Source: Candidatus Tectimicrobiota bacterium (GTDB lineage: Bacteria; JACPSX01). Taken from it: 37,740 bases of DNA. The translations under genes and the position numbers were made by a program. This document shows, one piece after another, positions 1-10,113 of this stretch (position 1 is the first letter of the stretch; each line of letters starts with the position of its first letter). The notes under the pieces are model-generated. The model had not been told where the DNA came from and ran no database searches. It was given only the letters and a program-made list of their open reading frames with translations. The stretch is taken from the NCBI GenBank assembly GCA_016193065.1, contig JACPSX010000006.1, positions 1-37,740 on the forward strand, in the 5' to 3' direction.

Positions 1-1139
1 ACTCCGGCGTCGCGCCGAGGAACCAGGAGACCGCGGGAAGCCAGCGCAGCGGCCTGGGCAGCGACGGTCTAGGTGGCATGGAGTCCAGCGTCACCAGCAG
101 AGGCACGGTCTTCGGGTGCTCCGCTGCGGCTGCCGCCAGGGCCCGCACTTCGCGCTCCCACGTGGACGAGTCGTGCACATCGAGGCACACCTGTACAATC
201 AAGGTTGGTGAGCCGGGTGCGGTGGCACGGAAATCGACCTCGAATCCTTCTTTCATGCGGAGGTAGGCGGTTTCATACCCGCGCCGCTCCAACTCCAGGA
301 AGACCGCCGTCTCGAGCGCGTGACCGAGGTTCGAGCGCGCCGTTCGCTCGTAGAGCGGGATGAGTCCGGGGTCCACGGGATAGGCTTTCCGGGGGTTGAC
401 CATGCGCTGTCGCTCCGAGGCCGTGTGCATGGAGACGGTCCGGATCAGAAACGCGTCCTCCAGGTGCCCGAGGTAGGCATGGAGGGTGTCCTTGCTCACG
501 GGGTGGCCCTGGGAGCGGAGGGCGTCGTAGCACTTCTGGACGCTGAACAGCGCGGCGGGGTTGGCCAAGAGGTGACGCTGCATCCAGCGCAGCGCCAGCG
601 GATTGGATACGGCGTGCCGCTCGATCACGTCGCGCAGCACCACCACGTCGACATAGCTGCGCAGGAGCGCGGCTCGATCGCGCTCCTCAACCCCCAGGGT
701 TTCTGGAAAGCCTCCCTGGGTGAGATACAGCCGCAACCGGCCATCGAGATCGGAGCGCACGGCCTTTGGCAGCCGGTTCCACGGCACGTCGGGTTCGGCC
801 CCGAGGTGGCGGAGCGCCTCGCGAAAGCTGAAGGGATGGACCAGCACCTCCAGGGCGCGGCCCCGCATGCTCGTGGCAACTTCACGACTCAGGAGGCGCG
901 CCGAGGAACCCGACAGGAACAAGTTCACGCGCTCGGTGTCCACCAGCCGTCGGGCAAAGGCTTCCCATCCGGGGACCAACTGAACCTCGTCGAGGAAAAA
1001 CGTCGCTGTCCGCGCATCGCGAATGCCCGGCTGCGAACGGAAGTACTCCTCGACCAGCCACGACAGGTCGGCGGTCTGCACGCCCGCCAAACGGTCGTCT
1101 TCGAAGCTGAGGAGGAGAAGTCACTTCACGCATATTCAT
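1..1139 (-). pseudogene. AAA_14/DUF4143-family ATP-binding protein, N-terminal part (Walker A) missing
   Basis: Not in the ORF track. Manual minus-strand translation from 1120 to the window edge reads LLLLSFEDDRL...FFLDEVQLVPGWE (Walker B)...LSGSSARLLSREVATSMRGR...GGFPE...RDVIERH...NPRKAYPVDPGL...LETAVFLEL...EVDF, ending GATPE. An in-frame TGA lies at 1121-1123. A plausible start (MNMREV, 1139) is in another frame. Confidence 0.85.
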
Positions 1140-1190
1140 CCTTAATGGAAGGACAACATATCACTATCTTATCCTTCTGTAAAGGATAAG
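1138..1190. promoter_or_regulatory. Two tandem operator-like inverted repeats (ATCCTT-N5-AAGGA) upstream of the ATPase
   Basis: atcctt-aatgg-aagga (1138-1153) and cttatcctt-ctgta-aaggataag (1168-1190) in an AT-rich patch. Confidence 0.55.
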
Positions 1191-1198
1191 TTTGCCTA

Positions 1199-2181
1199 CT
1201 ACGTATCCAAAGTTTCCTTGTAAAACAGGTCCTCGACGGGGAGCTTGCGGTCGATGAGCCCCTGATCGTGGGAATACTCGATGAAGCGCTCCAGGTTCGC
1301 GCGGTTCTTGCGGAACCCGTTGGGCCAGGGGTCGGCCCCCAGAAGCTGCCTTTCCTCCTCCCAGAGGTGACGCGCCCAGGCCAGGACGGACCAGTTGGGA
1401 TCGGAGTAATAGTCGTAGCACACCTCCTTGGCCTTCTCGAAAGCGGCCATGATGCTGCGCGCCGCCCAGGGGTGCTTCTGGAGCACTTCGTCCTTGAAGG
1501 CCATCACGTGCATGATGGGGAAATAACCGTTCTTGCGGAAGTATTTCAGCTCCTCGGCCTTGCAATCGGCAAACAGCCGCCTCACCTTGGGCCCCGCCTC
1601 CAGGACCATGCGGGGAGGATGGGGGATCATCAAGGCGTCGATTTCCCCGTCCACGAGCATGTTCCCGATCTTCTTCCCCGCCGGGATGAGCTGGATGCGA
1701 GCGCCATCCAAGGGCTTGAACTCCACGGTCTCCTCCCGAGCCACGAACCAGTGGATCTGCCGCCAGGGAACATCGTATTCCCACTGCAGGTCCCCTTTCG
1801 CCANNNNAGAACGGACAGGGTCGTCTGGAAGGTGTTGAGACCCACCTTGCGCCCGATCAGGTCCTTGGGCGCGCGGATTCCGGAGGCGGCGTTCACGTGG
1901 ATCTGGGACTGGCTGAACAGGCGGCGCGGGAAAACCGGAATGGCGGTGAACGGCCAGCCGCGGCTGCGAGCCATGAGGTAAGAGGAGAGGGAGAGCTCGC
2001 AAATGTCAAATTCCCCTCCCGGCAGCATCCGTTCGTGGCGGCTCTCCCCGTGCCTCCCCGGATGGGATTGGCCGACGTGGAGAACCTCCAGGTCGATCCC
2101 CTCGGCGGTCGCGGTGCCGTCAAAGAGGGGAACGTGCCGGTCGTAGTGCGAGAGGGCCATCGATAGCTTGATGTTTACCAT
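1199..2181 (-). CDS. 4,5-dihydroxyphthalate decarboxylase-like (periplasmic-binding-protein fold) protein, split only by the NNNN gap
   Basis: ORFs 1630..2181 and 1199..2002 join as TTLSV[L]AKGDL. Motifs YDRHVPLFDG, EFDICELSLSSYL, AIPVFPRR, FPIMH, DPWPNG. RBS ggagg upstream of 2181. Confidence 0.8.
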
Positions 2182-2214
2182 GAAAACCTCCTAACCCTTC
2201 AGTTGCTGAAAAGA

Positions 2215-2250
2215 TCCTTTTCGTGGTTCGACGAGCTCACCACGAACGGA
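2215..2250. repeat. Solo REP-like hairpin, one half of the 131-bp element
   Basis: ttcgtggttcgacgagctcaccacgaacgga matches the first hairpin of the elements at 4615-4746 and 30274-30404. Confidence 0.75.
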
Positions 2251-2290
2251 AGAGCATCACAAGGCTAAACATCACTCATACAGCATTCTG

Positions 2291-4554
2291 TCAAATCTTC
2301 TCGACTTCCACCAACGTGTCGTAGAACGCGTAATTTTCCGAGGTAGGGCTCACCAGGTCATGGGTGAGGCCGTAGGGCTCTCCGTCCCGAAAATCCCGGA
2401 CCCAGTACCCCTCGGAGATCACCACGACCCCGGGGCGCAAATCGGGGCTGAGCCGACACTTCAAGGTCACGCTGCCCCGCTCGTTGTAAACGCGGACGAG
2501 CTGCTCATCATCGATTCCCCTGGCTGCAGCATCGGCCGGATGGATGTCCACCACGGGCTCCGGGTCCAGTTTCTTGATCATGGGCATGTTGGCAAACGTG
2601 GAGTGGATCCGGTGGCGGCTGTGGGAGAACAGCAGGGTCAGCGGGTAGCGCTGGAAGAGAGGGTTCTGCTGGGATGCCTCGATGGGCTCACGGTAGACCG
2701 GGAGCTGTGCCCCGTGCTTCACGAGCTCTTCCTTGTAGAGCTCGATCCTTCCCGACGGGGTGTCGAAGTTCAAATCCTGGAAGGCCACATAGGGCTCCGG
2801 AGGACGGTTCAGGAAAACAGCCCCCTCGCGCCGCAGGCGCTCCAGCGTCACACCTTCAAGCAGAGGGTGATCCACGGCGAGCACTTCTTCCAGGTAGTCT
2901 TCCGGGGTGTCTCGAAAGTACTCCCCGAAGCCCAGCCGGTCTGCCAGCCCGGCAAAGATTTCAAGGTCCGATTTGCTTTCCCCTTCCGGCTCGACGACCT
3001 TTTGCTGGAGCTGGAAAAAGATCCCGGGAATCAGGTCGGTCTTTTCAAAAATCGTGCAGGCCGGCAGGACGAGATCCGCCACTTCGGCGGAGGCCGTCAG
3101 GAAGTGATCGCTGACCACGAGAAATTCAAGCTGCGGAAGGATGTCTGATATGACCCGCCCTCGGTTGGCCGCCGTTTGATTGAACAGATTCGCAGCGGAC
3201 AGCCACAGAGCCTTCACCGGATAGGGGTTCCCGGTTTCAATGGCGCTCATGAGAGAGATGACATCGAGCGTTTCGGCGGACTTCCCCTGCGGAGAGCGAA
3301 AGGTCCTCAGGTTCAGCGGAACAGGGTAGGTCCCGGAATGGAGACTGATCCCGCCCCCGGGAATTCCGATGTTCCCGGTGGCGACAGCCAGGGCGGCGAC
3401 GGCGCGGGCCGTATAGTCCGAATAGTACCAGCGGTCCACGCCGAAGCCGATGCGGATCGAAGAGGGCTTGCACGTGGCAAATTCGCGGGCCAGATCCCGG
3501 ATGCTCTGGGCCGGAACTTCCGTAATCTCCGCGGTCCGCTCGGGAGGAAACTCCTCCGTCAGATCCCGCAAGAGTTGCAGGGCGGGCGCGCAGAGGACCG
3601 TCTCGCCGCCGGCCAGCGGCACAGGATAGCGCCCCGTAAGAGAAGGTTCCCGAGCTTGCCCATGGGGAACCGCTGTCCGGGACCGCGCGTCCCACACCAT
3701 GTAGGAGACCGACTCTTCTCCGGTGACGTCCTGCTCCCGCAGGAACCCGCCGGTCTCTTCTCTCACCAGAAATGAAGCGTTGCTGTGCCGGCTCAGGAAG
3801 GAAGAAGACTGAAGGCCCAGCGCGAAGATTTCGCCGAGCAGGCTCAGGGCTAGGGCCCCGTCCGTGCCGGGCCGCAAGGAGATCCACGAATCGGCTCTCT
3901 TCGCCGTCACGGTCCGGTTCGGATCGACGCAGACGACCTTGGCTCCCCGGCGCCGGGCTTCCTGGAGGAACGGGTAATCCACGAAGCGGGTTTCCGCGTC
4001 GTTCCCCCCCATAGGAGGATCAGCCGGGAATTCACCGCGTCGGCATACTCGTGCCCGCCGGGGCCGAAATAGGTGGAGGCGGGGACTCCAAATGTATATT
4101 CGAGTCCCTTGGGGATGCCGTAATCCACGCCTCCCGGCCGGTTTGCCGTGCCCCCGAACAGAGCCGCAAACCGGTACAGGGCTCCTTTCGTCAGCACCCC
4201 ACCGGCTCCGGACCCGGAGAAAAAGGCGACGGAGCGGGAGCCATAAACTTCGGCAATTTCCTGGAGTTTTCCGGCCAGAAGTTCAAATGCCTTTTCCCAG
4301 CCGATTCTTTCCCACTTTCCTTCCCCGCGGTCCCCGACCCTTTTCAGCGGGCATAGTATGCGGTCCTGGTGGTACTGGTACTCCAGGCGGGACATCCCCA
4401 TGAGGCAGATTCTCTTGTCGTACTCAGCCCGGGGGAAAGGAGCCGCCTCGATTTGCGAAATCCGGCCGTCCTCCACGCGGGCCAGGATCCCGCAGCGCGG
4501 GCTGGCATGACAGTTGGGATCGCAAACCGTGCGCAGGATCCGCGCCTCGCCCAT
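2291..4554 (-). CDS. Molybdopterin (DMSO-reductase family) oxidoreductase catalytic subunit, frameshifted in a G7 run at 4004-4010
   Basis: N-part has the Fe-S motif CDPNCHASPRC...ICLMG, PLKRVGDRGEGKWERIGW and ILLWG. C-part has GNDAET, VCVDPNRT, RPGTDGALAL, ADLVLPA..FEK, TPSGRIE and HSTF. One extra G restores ILLWGGNDAET. ATG at 4554 with RBS gagggg. Confidence 0.88.
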
Positions 4555-4614
4555 CTCGATTCCCCCTCTGCAGCCCGGGACTTTCACCCCCACCCTTCCC
4601 CTCCTCCTTCCAAG

Positions 4615-4746
4615 GAGACTGTGTCATAAGTCCGTTCATGGTTCGACAGGCTCACCACGAACGGACAAGGAGACCCGAAATTCAATCACTTAGCCGTTCG
4701 TCCTGAGACTTGTCGAAGGGCGAACGGCGGATTGGGACACAGTCTC
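4615..4746. mobile_element. MITE/REPIN-like element, copy 1 (11-bp terminal inverted repeats, two inverted internal hairpins)
   Basis: GAGACTGTGTC...GACACAGTCTC ends; near-identical to 30274-30404. Confidence 0.75.
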
Positions 4747-4824
4747 TCAAGGGGGAGGGATTCTTCACTTTCCCTCTCCCCCCGGGGGCGAGGGAATCAT
4801 TACTTGGATTTCTTGCTCACCACA

Positions 4825-5802
4825 CTAGCGCTTGCGCGCCTCCCGCACGAACGAGAAATCCACCACGTCGGAGAGGGCAACTTCCCGCTCGACTTTCTGA
4901 GCACGCTTGACCTGCTCCACCAGATTGCGGATCAACTTTTCCGGAGCCTCCCCATCGGGGCTGAAGGTCTTCACCATGAGATCGTAGCTGCCCTCGGCTA
5001 CCTTACGGCTCACTTTCCACTGCTTCACGATGAAGTCCACAGACCCGCTGCGGTCCGTGCGGGATAGATCGAGGCTCTTGACAAAAGCCCGGGCCATGCG
5101 CTTCACCTGGGCCGGATTTTCGTTGATCTTTTTCACGGAAGTGGAGAGCCCCGACTGCAAGCCCTCGACGATGTCCCCGGCAAAGACCAGCTTCTTAAGA
5201 CCCTGCTCCTCGGCGATGGAATCGTCCGGAAGCGTGACAATGGCCCCGTCCACCGCGCCGCCTTTGACAGAAGCAATCTTGTTGGCCTCGCTGCCCAGGG
5301 GGAGGGTGACGATGTCTTTGTCCGGGTTGAGACCGTAGTACTTCAGGATGTCCCGGGCCACAAAATCCGTCGTGGTCCGCAGGGAAGAGACGGCGATTTT
5401 CCCCCCCTTGAGATCCGTCACCTTGTTGATCCTGGGCTGGACCATCAGGACCAGAGACGATCGGATCCCGATGAAACCGATGGCCTTCAGAGGCATGCCT
5501 GAGACGGCGGAGCGGATCGTGGTTTCCGCCGAGGTGGCAAAGTCCAGCTCCCCGGCGACCATGGCCGGCAGGGAAAGAGCCGTGCGGATCTGGATCACTT
5601 CCAGGTCAAAGCCCTCGGCCTGAAAAATTTTCTTTTCCTGACCCATCAGGATGGGGAGCTGGCTCATGGCCACCACGGGAATCCCGATCCGGACCTTTTC
5701 GAGCCCCTGCGCCCATGTGAAGGCGGGACCGAGCAGGACTGAAGCAAGGAAAAAGAACGCAATTCCTTGTGTCTGCAAAAGCCTTAGCCATCTCTTCATC
5801 AT
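4825..5802 (-). CDS. ABC-type substrate-binding protein, NMT1/THI5/SsuA-like
   Basis: Signal-peptide-like N-terminus, KVRIGIP, IFQAEGFDLEVI, DLKGGKIAVSS, C-terminal VVDFSFVREA. Confidence 0.85.
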   Translation of the reverse strand: MMKRWLRLLQTQGIAFFFLASVLLGPAFTWAQGLEKVRIGIPVVAMSQLPILMGQEKKIFQAEGFDLEVIQIRTALSLPAMVAGELDFATSAETTIRSAVSGMPLKAIGFIGIRSSLVLMVQPRINKVTDLKGGKIAVSSLRTTTDFVARDILKYYGLNPDKDIVTLPLGSEANKIASVKGGAVDGAIVTLPDDSIAEEQGLKKLVFAGDIVEGLQSGLSTSVKKINENPAQVKRMARAFVKSLDLSRTDRSGSVDFIVKQWKVSRKVAEGSYDLMVKTFSPDGEAPEKLIRNLVEQVKRAQKVEREVALSDVVDFSFVREARKR

Positions 5803-5865
5803 GATTGTCTCCTCATAAGAAGCTTCAGCGATCGGCAGCTTTCATCCTACTCTCCCTGCTTCTAT

Positions 5866-5936
5866 TCGTCACCCCGGCGAAAGCCGGGGTCCAGTCTCTC
5901 CCTGCCCTGGATTCCGGCTTCCGCCGGAATGACGGA
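5866..5936. repeat. REP-like double-hairpin repeat
   Basis: cgtcaccccggcgaaagccggggtccag...ctggattccggcttccgccggaatgacg, two hairpins in inverted arrangement. Confidence 0.75.
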
Positions 5937-5998
5937 AGCGGTGCGCTCCAGCTCGCCCTGGACCGAAACCTCCAAGGTCCGCTTTCAGTCCCAGACCC

Positions 5999-7624
5999 CT
6001 AGATTTTCTTCTTCTCCCGCAAAATCTCCTCGGCGATCTTGTCAAACTCTCCCCGATCGGCCATCTCGGCGTGGCGCTGGTACTTTTCAGGCCACTCCCC
6101 CCAGGAGACCCCGTACCACGGCTCCATGGGCTTCAAGGCCGGCAACCCGATTTCTTCCCAAATCTCTCTCCCCCGGTCCATATAGGCTTTCGTGGGCAGA
6201 GACGTGGGGGTATACGGCCACTTGCGGGTGGCGTCGATCAGGATGGAGGAGTTTCCCGACAGACCCGTGCGGCTGGAAGGATATTCCTGCTCCTCCAAGG
6301 AAATTGTCCGAGGCCCCCCCGACTGGTCCGCGGTGGCGCCCCGACCCTGGATGATCTGGGTGTCCCGGTGGGGCTGGTAGCGGAAGGAGATGGCCCAGAA
6401 GACCGACTCCAGATCCCAGGGGTCGATATCCGAATCGACGGCAATGATGATCTTGGGCCATTCGGAGGAGACGGCCAGCGCGCTGTGCAGCGCATGCCAG
6501 ACGGTCCGCGGGGAAGTGCGGGTGGTGCCGATGTCCTGCAGGCGGATCACGGCCAAACGCCGGGAGCCGCCGCAGTGATGAAACGCCACGTCCTTCACCT
6601 GGGGAATTCCGCAGGAGCTGCGCAGGAAGGAGGACATCAGAGCCTCCCGCGTCAGGTTCCCCATGACGCTCGATTCACTGGGAGGGAACTGATCCACCAG
6701 ATCATGCCAGATCGGGTTCTTGCGGTGGGTGATGCAGCGCACGTGAAACCCGAAGACCATCCGGTCGATGAAAGTATATCCGGTATGCTCTCCGCTGGGC
6801 GGATCGGGAATCAGGTAGTCCGTTGGAATCTCCCCCTCGATGACGATTTCCGCACTGGCCGGCACCTCGATGTCCATGGTTTCACAGCGGACGACCTCGA
6901 GGGGCTCCCCGGCTAAGCCGCCAGCCACTTCCAGCTCGCTGACACCGTAGGGCATCTCGGTGATGCTGGTGGCCACCACCACGGGAACCGCCCCTATGAC
7001 CGCCGCCACCGGCAGCGGAAGACCGCGGGCCTTGTACTTCTGCCAGTGAACTCTGAGATCCGCCCGCGGAGAGACCCGGGCGGAGCTTTCCAGGGGACCC
7101 AGCAAGACCCCGTTGTACGTCCCCACGTTCACCGATCCTGTGTCGGGGTCCCGGGACATCCAGCACACGGCCGTCAGACGGGGGAGCGACTCCCAGCCGT
7201 TCGTGGTCATGGGAATCGGGAACTCATGGAGGCCGCCGTGGGCCAGGAGGGTGTCCCCTTTGTGGATCTCCTCCTTGACCGGACCCGTGCTCACCCGCCG
7301 CGTGGGGATCGGGTTCCGGTAGGCTCGGGACCAGCGCTCGATGATGGCCTGCCGCGTGGGCTCGCACTGGAGGGCCAAGGCGTATGCCTCCAGGCAGGGA
7401 GCAACCACAGCGGAAGCGACAGAGCCCTGATAGCGCTCCCCGTGGATTCCCTTGACCTTCTCAAAGAGAAACCCGAAGCGCTGCGATTCCTCGAGCCCCC
7501 GGAATTGCCAGCGCACGACGGGATGGAGCTCGGTGTCCTTGTCGATTTCCCGGGTGATCCGGCGCAGCTTGCCGATCTCTTCGAGAGCCGCCAGAAATTC
7601 TCTCAGATCCTTATAGTAGGCCAT
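5999..7624 (-). CDS. UbiD-family (prFMN-dependent) decarboxylase, atypical active-site motifs
   Basis: YKDLREFLAALE, AEIVIEGEI, GEHTGY, CITHRKNPI, IIAVDSDIDP, ILIDAT. Confidence 0.9.
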   Translation of the reverse strand: MAYYKDLREFLAALEEIGKLRRITREIDKDTELHPVVRWQFRGLEESQRFGFLFEKVKGIHGERYQGSVASAVVAPCLEAYALALQCEPTRQAIIERWSRAYRNPIPTRRVSTGPVKEEIHKGDTLLAHGGLHEFPIPMTTNGWESLPRLTAVCWMSRDPDTGSVNVGTYNGVLLGPLESSARVSPRADLRVHWQKYKARGLPLPVAAVIGAVPVVVATSITEMPYGVSELEVAGGLAGEPLEVVRCETMDIEVPASAEIVIEGEIPTDYLIPDPPSGEHTGYTFIDRMVFGFHVRCITHRKNPIWHDLVDQFPPSESSVMGNLTREALMSSFLRSSCGIPQVKDVAFHHCGGSRRLAVIRLQDIGTTRTSPRTVWHALHSALAVSSEWPKIIIAVDSDIDPWDLESVFWAISFRYQPHRDTQIIQGRGATADQSGGPRTISLEEQEYPSSRTGLSGNSSILIDATRKWPYTPTSLPTKAYMDRGREIWEEIGLPALKPMEPWYGVSWGEWPEKYQRHAEMADRGEFDKIAEEILREKKKI

Positions 7625-7724
7625 ATGCTCTCCTTGTCAGACTTGTTATCTTTCCCCCCACCTGTTTGCATTCTTCGCCACGCAAAGAGAACATTCTTAT
7701 TTGCCGAAAACTCCGGTCGATCTC

Positions 7725-8747
7725 TTACCGGTAAAGGTGGTCGATGAACCCTTCTTGATCCAGGCGTCTCAAGATGGAGACGTCAATCAACTGCTCCGCC
7801 CGCACTTCTTTCACCTTGGGGTTGGTCGCAGAGAGAAATTCCAAGGTGGCAGTCGTAGCGGTCATGTTTGGATAGGGCTTCTTCTCCACTTTCGGGAGGA
7901 GATCCTTGTAGGCTTCCTCCGCTTTCTTGACATCCAGGCGCAGATAACGGGTCAGGATCTTCGTCACCATCTCTTTGTTTGCCGGGTTCAGGATAAAGGC
8001 GTTGGCTTCCAGAATGCTTTTCACAATCGCCTCCGCGATCTGGGGATTTTGCCGGACATAGCTCCGCGTTGAGACCAGTGCATTGTTGATGAAGGGTACT
8101 CCCAATTGGCCCATGTCGCCCAGGAAGCTGTACTTGCCCTCTTGGAGCCGCCCGGCCACGGAATGATCGATCAGCGTGCCATCAATGCGCCCGGCAAGAA
8201 GAGCCTGCGCCCTCTGGGTTTCATTGCCGAGGGTAAGCAGGGTCACCCGGTCCCGGACCGGATCGATCCCAAAGTGCTTGAGCAGGAGAAAGGTCGCCAG
8301 GTGGGAAGAAGATCCGAAGCTGCTGATGGCCAGGGATTTTCCTTTAAAATCTTGAGGGCTCTTGATCTCCGGCTTGGCCCAGATGTCGTAGCTCAACTGA
8401 TTCGTGATCCCCAGAATCATGACGGCGTCAGCCCCGCCCGCTACCGCCGAGGCCACCGTCGTCGCCCCGGTAAAACCGGAGGGCACCGTGCCGGACACGA
8501 TGGCCTGGATCATCAAGCGGCCCCCCTCGACCAAGACGATTTCCGCATCCAACCCGTACTTGCGGAAGATCCCCTGGCGCTCGGGAACCCAGAGGGCAGC
8601 AATCTCATTGCGGATGTTAGAATGGCCGATTGTCACCTTGGTCAGAGTCCCGGTGGAACCGGAACGGAGGCCACCAACCGCCCCCGCGAGTACAACGAGG
8701 ACCATCAGAGATACTTGGCTCATACGGCGCAAAAACCGCCCTTTCAT
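7725..8747 (-). CDS. ABC-type substrate-binding protein, NMT1/SsuA-like
   Basis: GIFRKYGLDAEIV, DFKGKSLAISSFGSSS, C-terminal GFIDHLY. Start set at ATG 8747 (RBS ggagg). Confidence 0.85.
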   Translation of the reverse strand: MKGRFLRRMSQVSLMVLVVLAGAVGGLRSGSTGTLTKVTIGHSNIRNEIAALWVPERQGIFRKYGLDAEIVLVEGGRLMIQAIVSGTVPSGFTGATTVASAVAGGADAVMILGITNQLSYDIWAKPEIKSPQDFKGKSLAISSFGSSSHLATFLLLKHFGIDPVRDRVTLLTLGNETQRAQALLAGRIDGTLIDHSVAGRLQEGKYSFLGDMGQLGVPFINNALVSTRSYVRQNPQIAEAIVKSILEANAFILNPANKEMVTKILTRYLRLDVKKAEEAYKDLLPKVEKKPYPNMTATTATLEFLSATNPKVKEVRAEQLIDVSILRRLDQEGFIDHLYR

Positions 8748-8919
8748 GGGACCCCCTCCCTTATAGGCATGTGGTGCCCGATCATTTGCGTGTAGACGGC
8801 GGGTATTATCGTGGGGATTTAGGACCCGGTCAAGCTCCAAGTGGGCTGCTCAAAATGTGTTCCAGCAACCACGAAAGCCCAGACAAAAACCGGTCGCGGA
8901 GGGCGAGGATGGAAAGGGA

Positions 8920-10053
8920 TCAGTCCTCGGGCGACATACCGTATGGAGTACCCTCTGCCTGCAGCACTGCCTTAAACTCCCTCCGGATATGAGGGTCCTC
9001 GAGATCGAAATCGATCATGGTGCCCCCTTCCCTAATGCTGACCATAGAAAGGCTCGCGGACCCCTCGCCTGCCCCGGCCTGGAAGAATCCTACCGGGTGT
9101 TTGGCATCTCCATACCGCAAGGCGACTACTAAGACATCTTCCTTACTAATGCACATATGTTGGTGCCACCAAGCTGTAGGAGGACTGAACAGAGAGCCGT
9201 CTTCCCACTCGACCCTCACCACCTTATGTACGTTCCCAGACTCGTATGGCCGCAAACCTGCTACAGGCGGCCACATCAGGCTATACCCCTTGCCCTGGAG
9301 GGGCATCAAAACCGCTCCTCCCCCATGGGCGTGAGCCTTGACGTATTGCCCTGGAGCCCAGCGGGCGATGTGCCCTGACAGGACGTTTTCAACCAAGTTA
9401 TAGCTCATCACCCGGTAAGAACCGCCTTTAGTAAACTGGTCGTGAAGCAAGACTTGCTGGACGTCGGGAATAAAGTTGCAATCCAGAAACTCCCTGCGGC
9501 CGCCGTGAGCGTCACTACTCGCGGTCACCACCTCTCTTGTCTGAAAATAGTCAGGACGACCATCGTAGCGGCTGGTGAACTGGTAATCGCTCTCAAAGAT
9601 GAATATCGAGTCATGGAACAGGTCCATCACAAGGGGCGCTGAGGTAGAGGCCACAGCCAGAACGGGGTCGGAGCCCTCGTTGATGAGCCGATGCTGGGCG
9701 TTCAGGGGGATACCAAAGAGCGCTCCTTTTTGCCAGCTAAAGCTCTGCCGCCGGCCGTCGTAAGTCCACACCTCAGTCGAGCCTGCACCCTCCACAATAA
9801 AGTACTGCTCCTCATACAGATGCTTCTCACGATGGAGGGCCTCCCCCTGAGGGATTTCCACCACATAGATCCCCGTCAGATACTCCTGCCCATGGAGCTG
9901 AACGAAGGTGCCTTTCCCCCCCAAGCGCTTCCACGGCTTCAACTCTAGGTCCCGCACTTGCCGAACATACCACCCCTCTACAACGGGGATTTCCTGCTCC
10001 TTCATAAATTTGTCGTAAGCGGGATCCTGACGAGATTGCGCTTTAGAGACCAT
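8920..10053 (-). CDS. Bicupin-domain protein (gentisate-dioxygenase-like fold)
   Basis: Two cupin motifs, EKHLYEEQY..G.GSTEVW...IPLNAQH and KAHAHGGGA...PPTAWWHQH. ATG 10053 with RBS aaggag. Confidence 0.8.
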   Translation of the reverse strand: MVSKAQSRQDPAYDKFMKEQEIPVVEGWYVRQVRDLELKPWKRLGGKGTFVQLHGQEYLTGIYVVEIPQGEALHREKHLYEEQYFIVEGAGSTEVWTYDGRRQSFSWQKGALFGIPLNAQHRLINEGSDPVLAVASTSAPLVMDLFHDSIFIFESDYQFTSRYDGRPDYFQTREVVTASSDAHGGRREFLDCNFIPDVQQVLLHDQFTKGGSYRVMSYNLVENVLSGHIARWAPGQYVKAHAHGGGAVLMPLQGKGYSLMWPPVAGLRPYESGNVHKVVRVEWEDGSLFSPPTAWWHQHMCISKEDVLVVALRYGDAKHPVGFFQAGAGEGSASLSMVSIREGGTMIDFDLEDPHIRREFKAVLQAEGTPYGMSPED

Positions 10054-10085
10054 TGCAGAACTCCTTTGCTTTGAACTCACATTCC

Positions 10086-10113
10086 AATGTAATTGACGGG
10101 CTACGATTGTCAA
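10086..10113 (-). promoter_or_regulatory. Putative sigma70 promoter for the cupin gene, overlapping a TTGAC-N11-GTCAA palindrome
   Basis: Minus strand TTGACA-N16-TACATT; plus strand ttgacgggctacgattgtcaa. Confidence 0.45.

Noticed and set aside
320..1189. 289-aa plus-strand ORF
   Set aside because: Antisense shadow of the minus-strand AAA/DUF4143 gene
1800..1812. Apparent frameshift in the decarboxylase-like gene
   Set aside because: Coincides with the NNNN gap; the flanks join sensibly as SVLAKG
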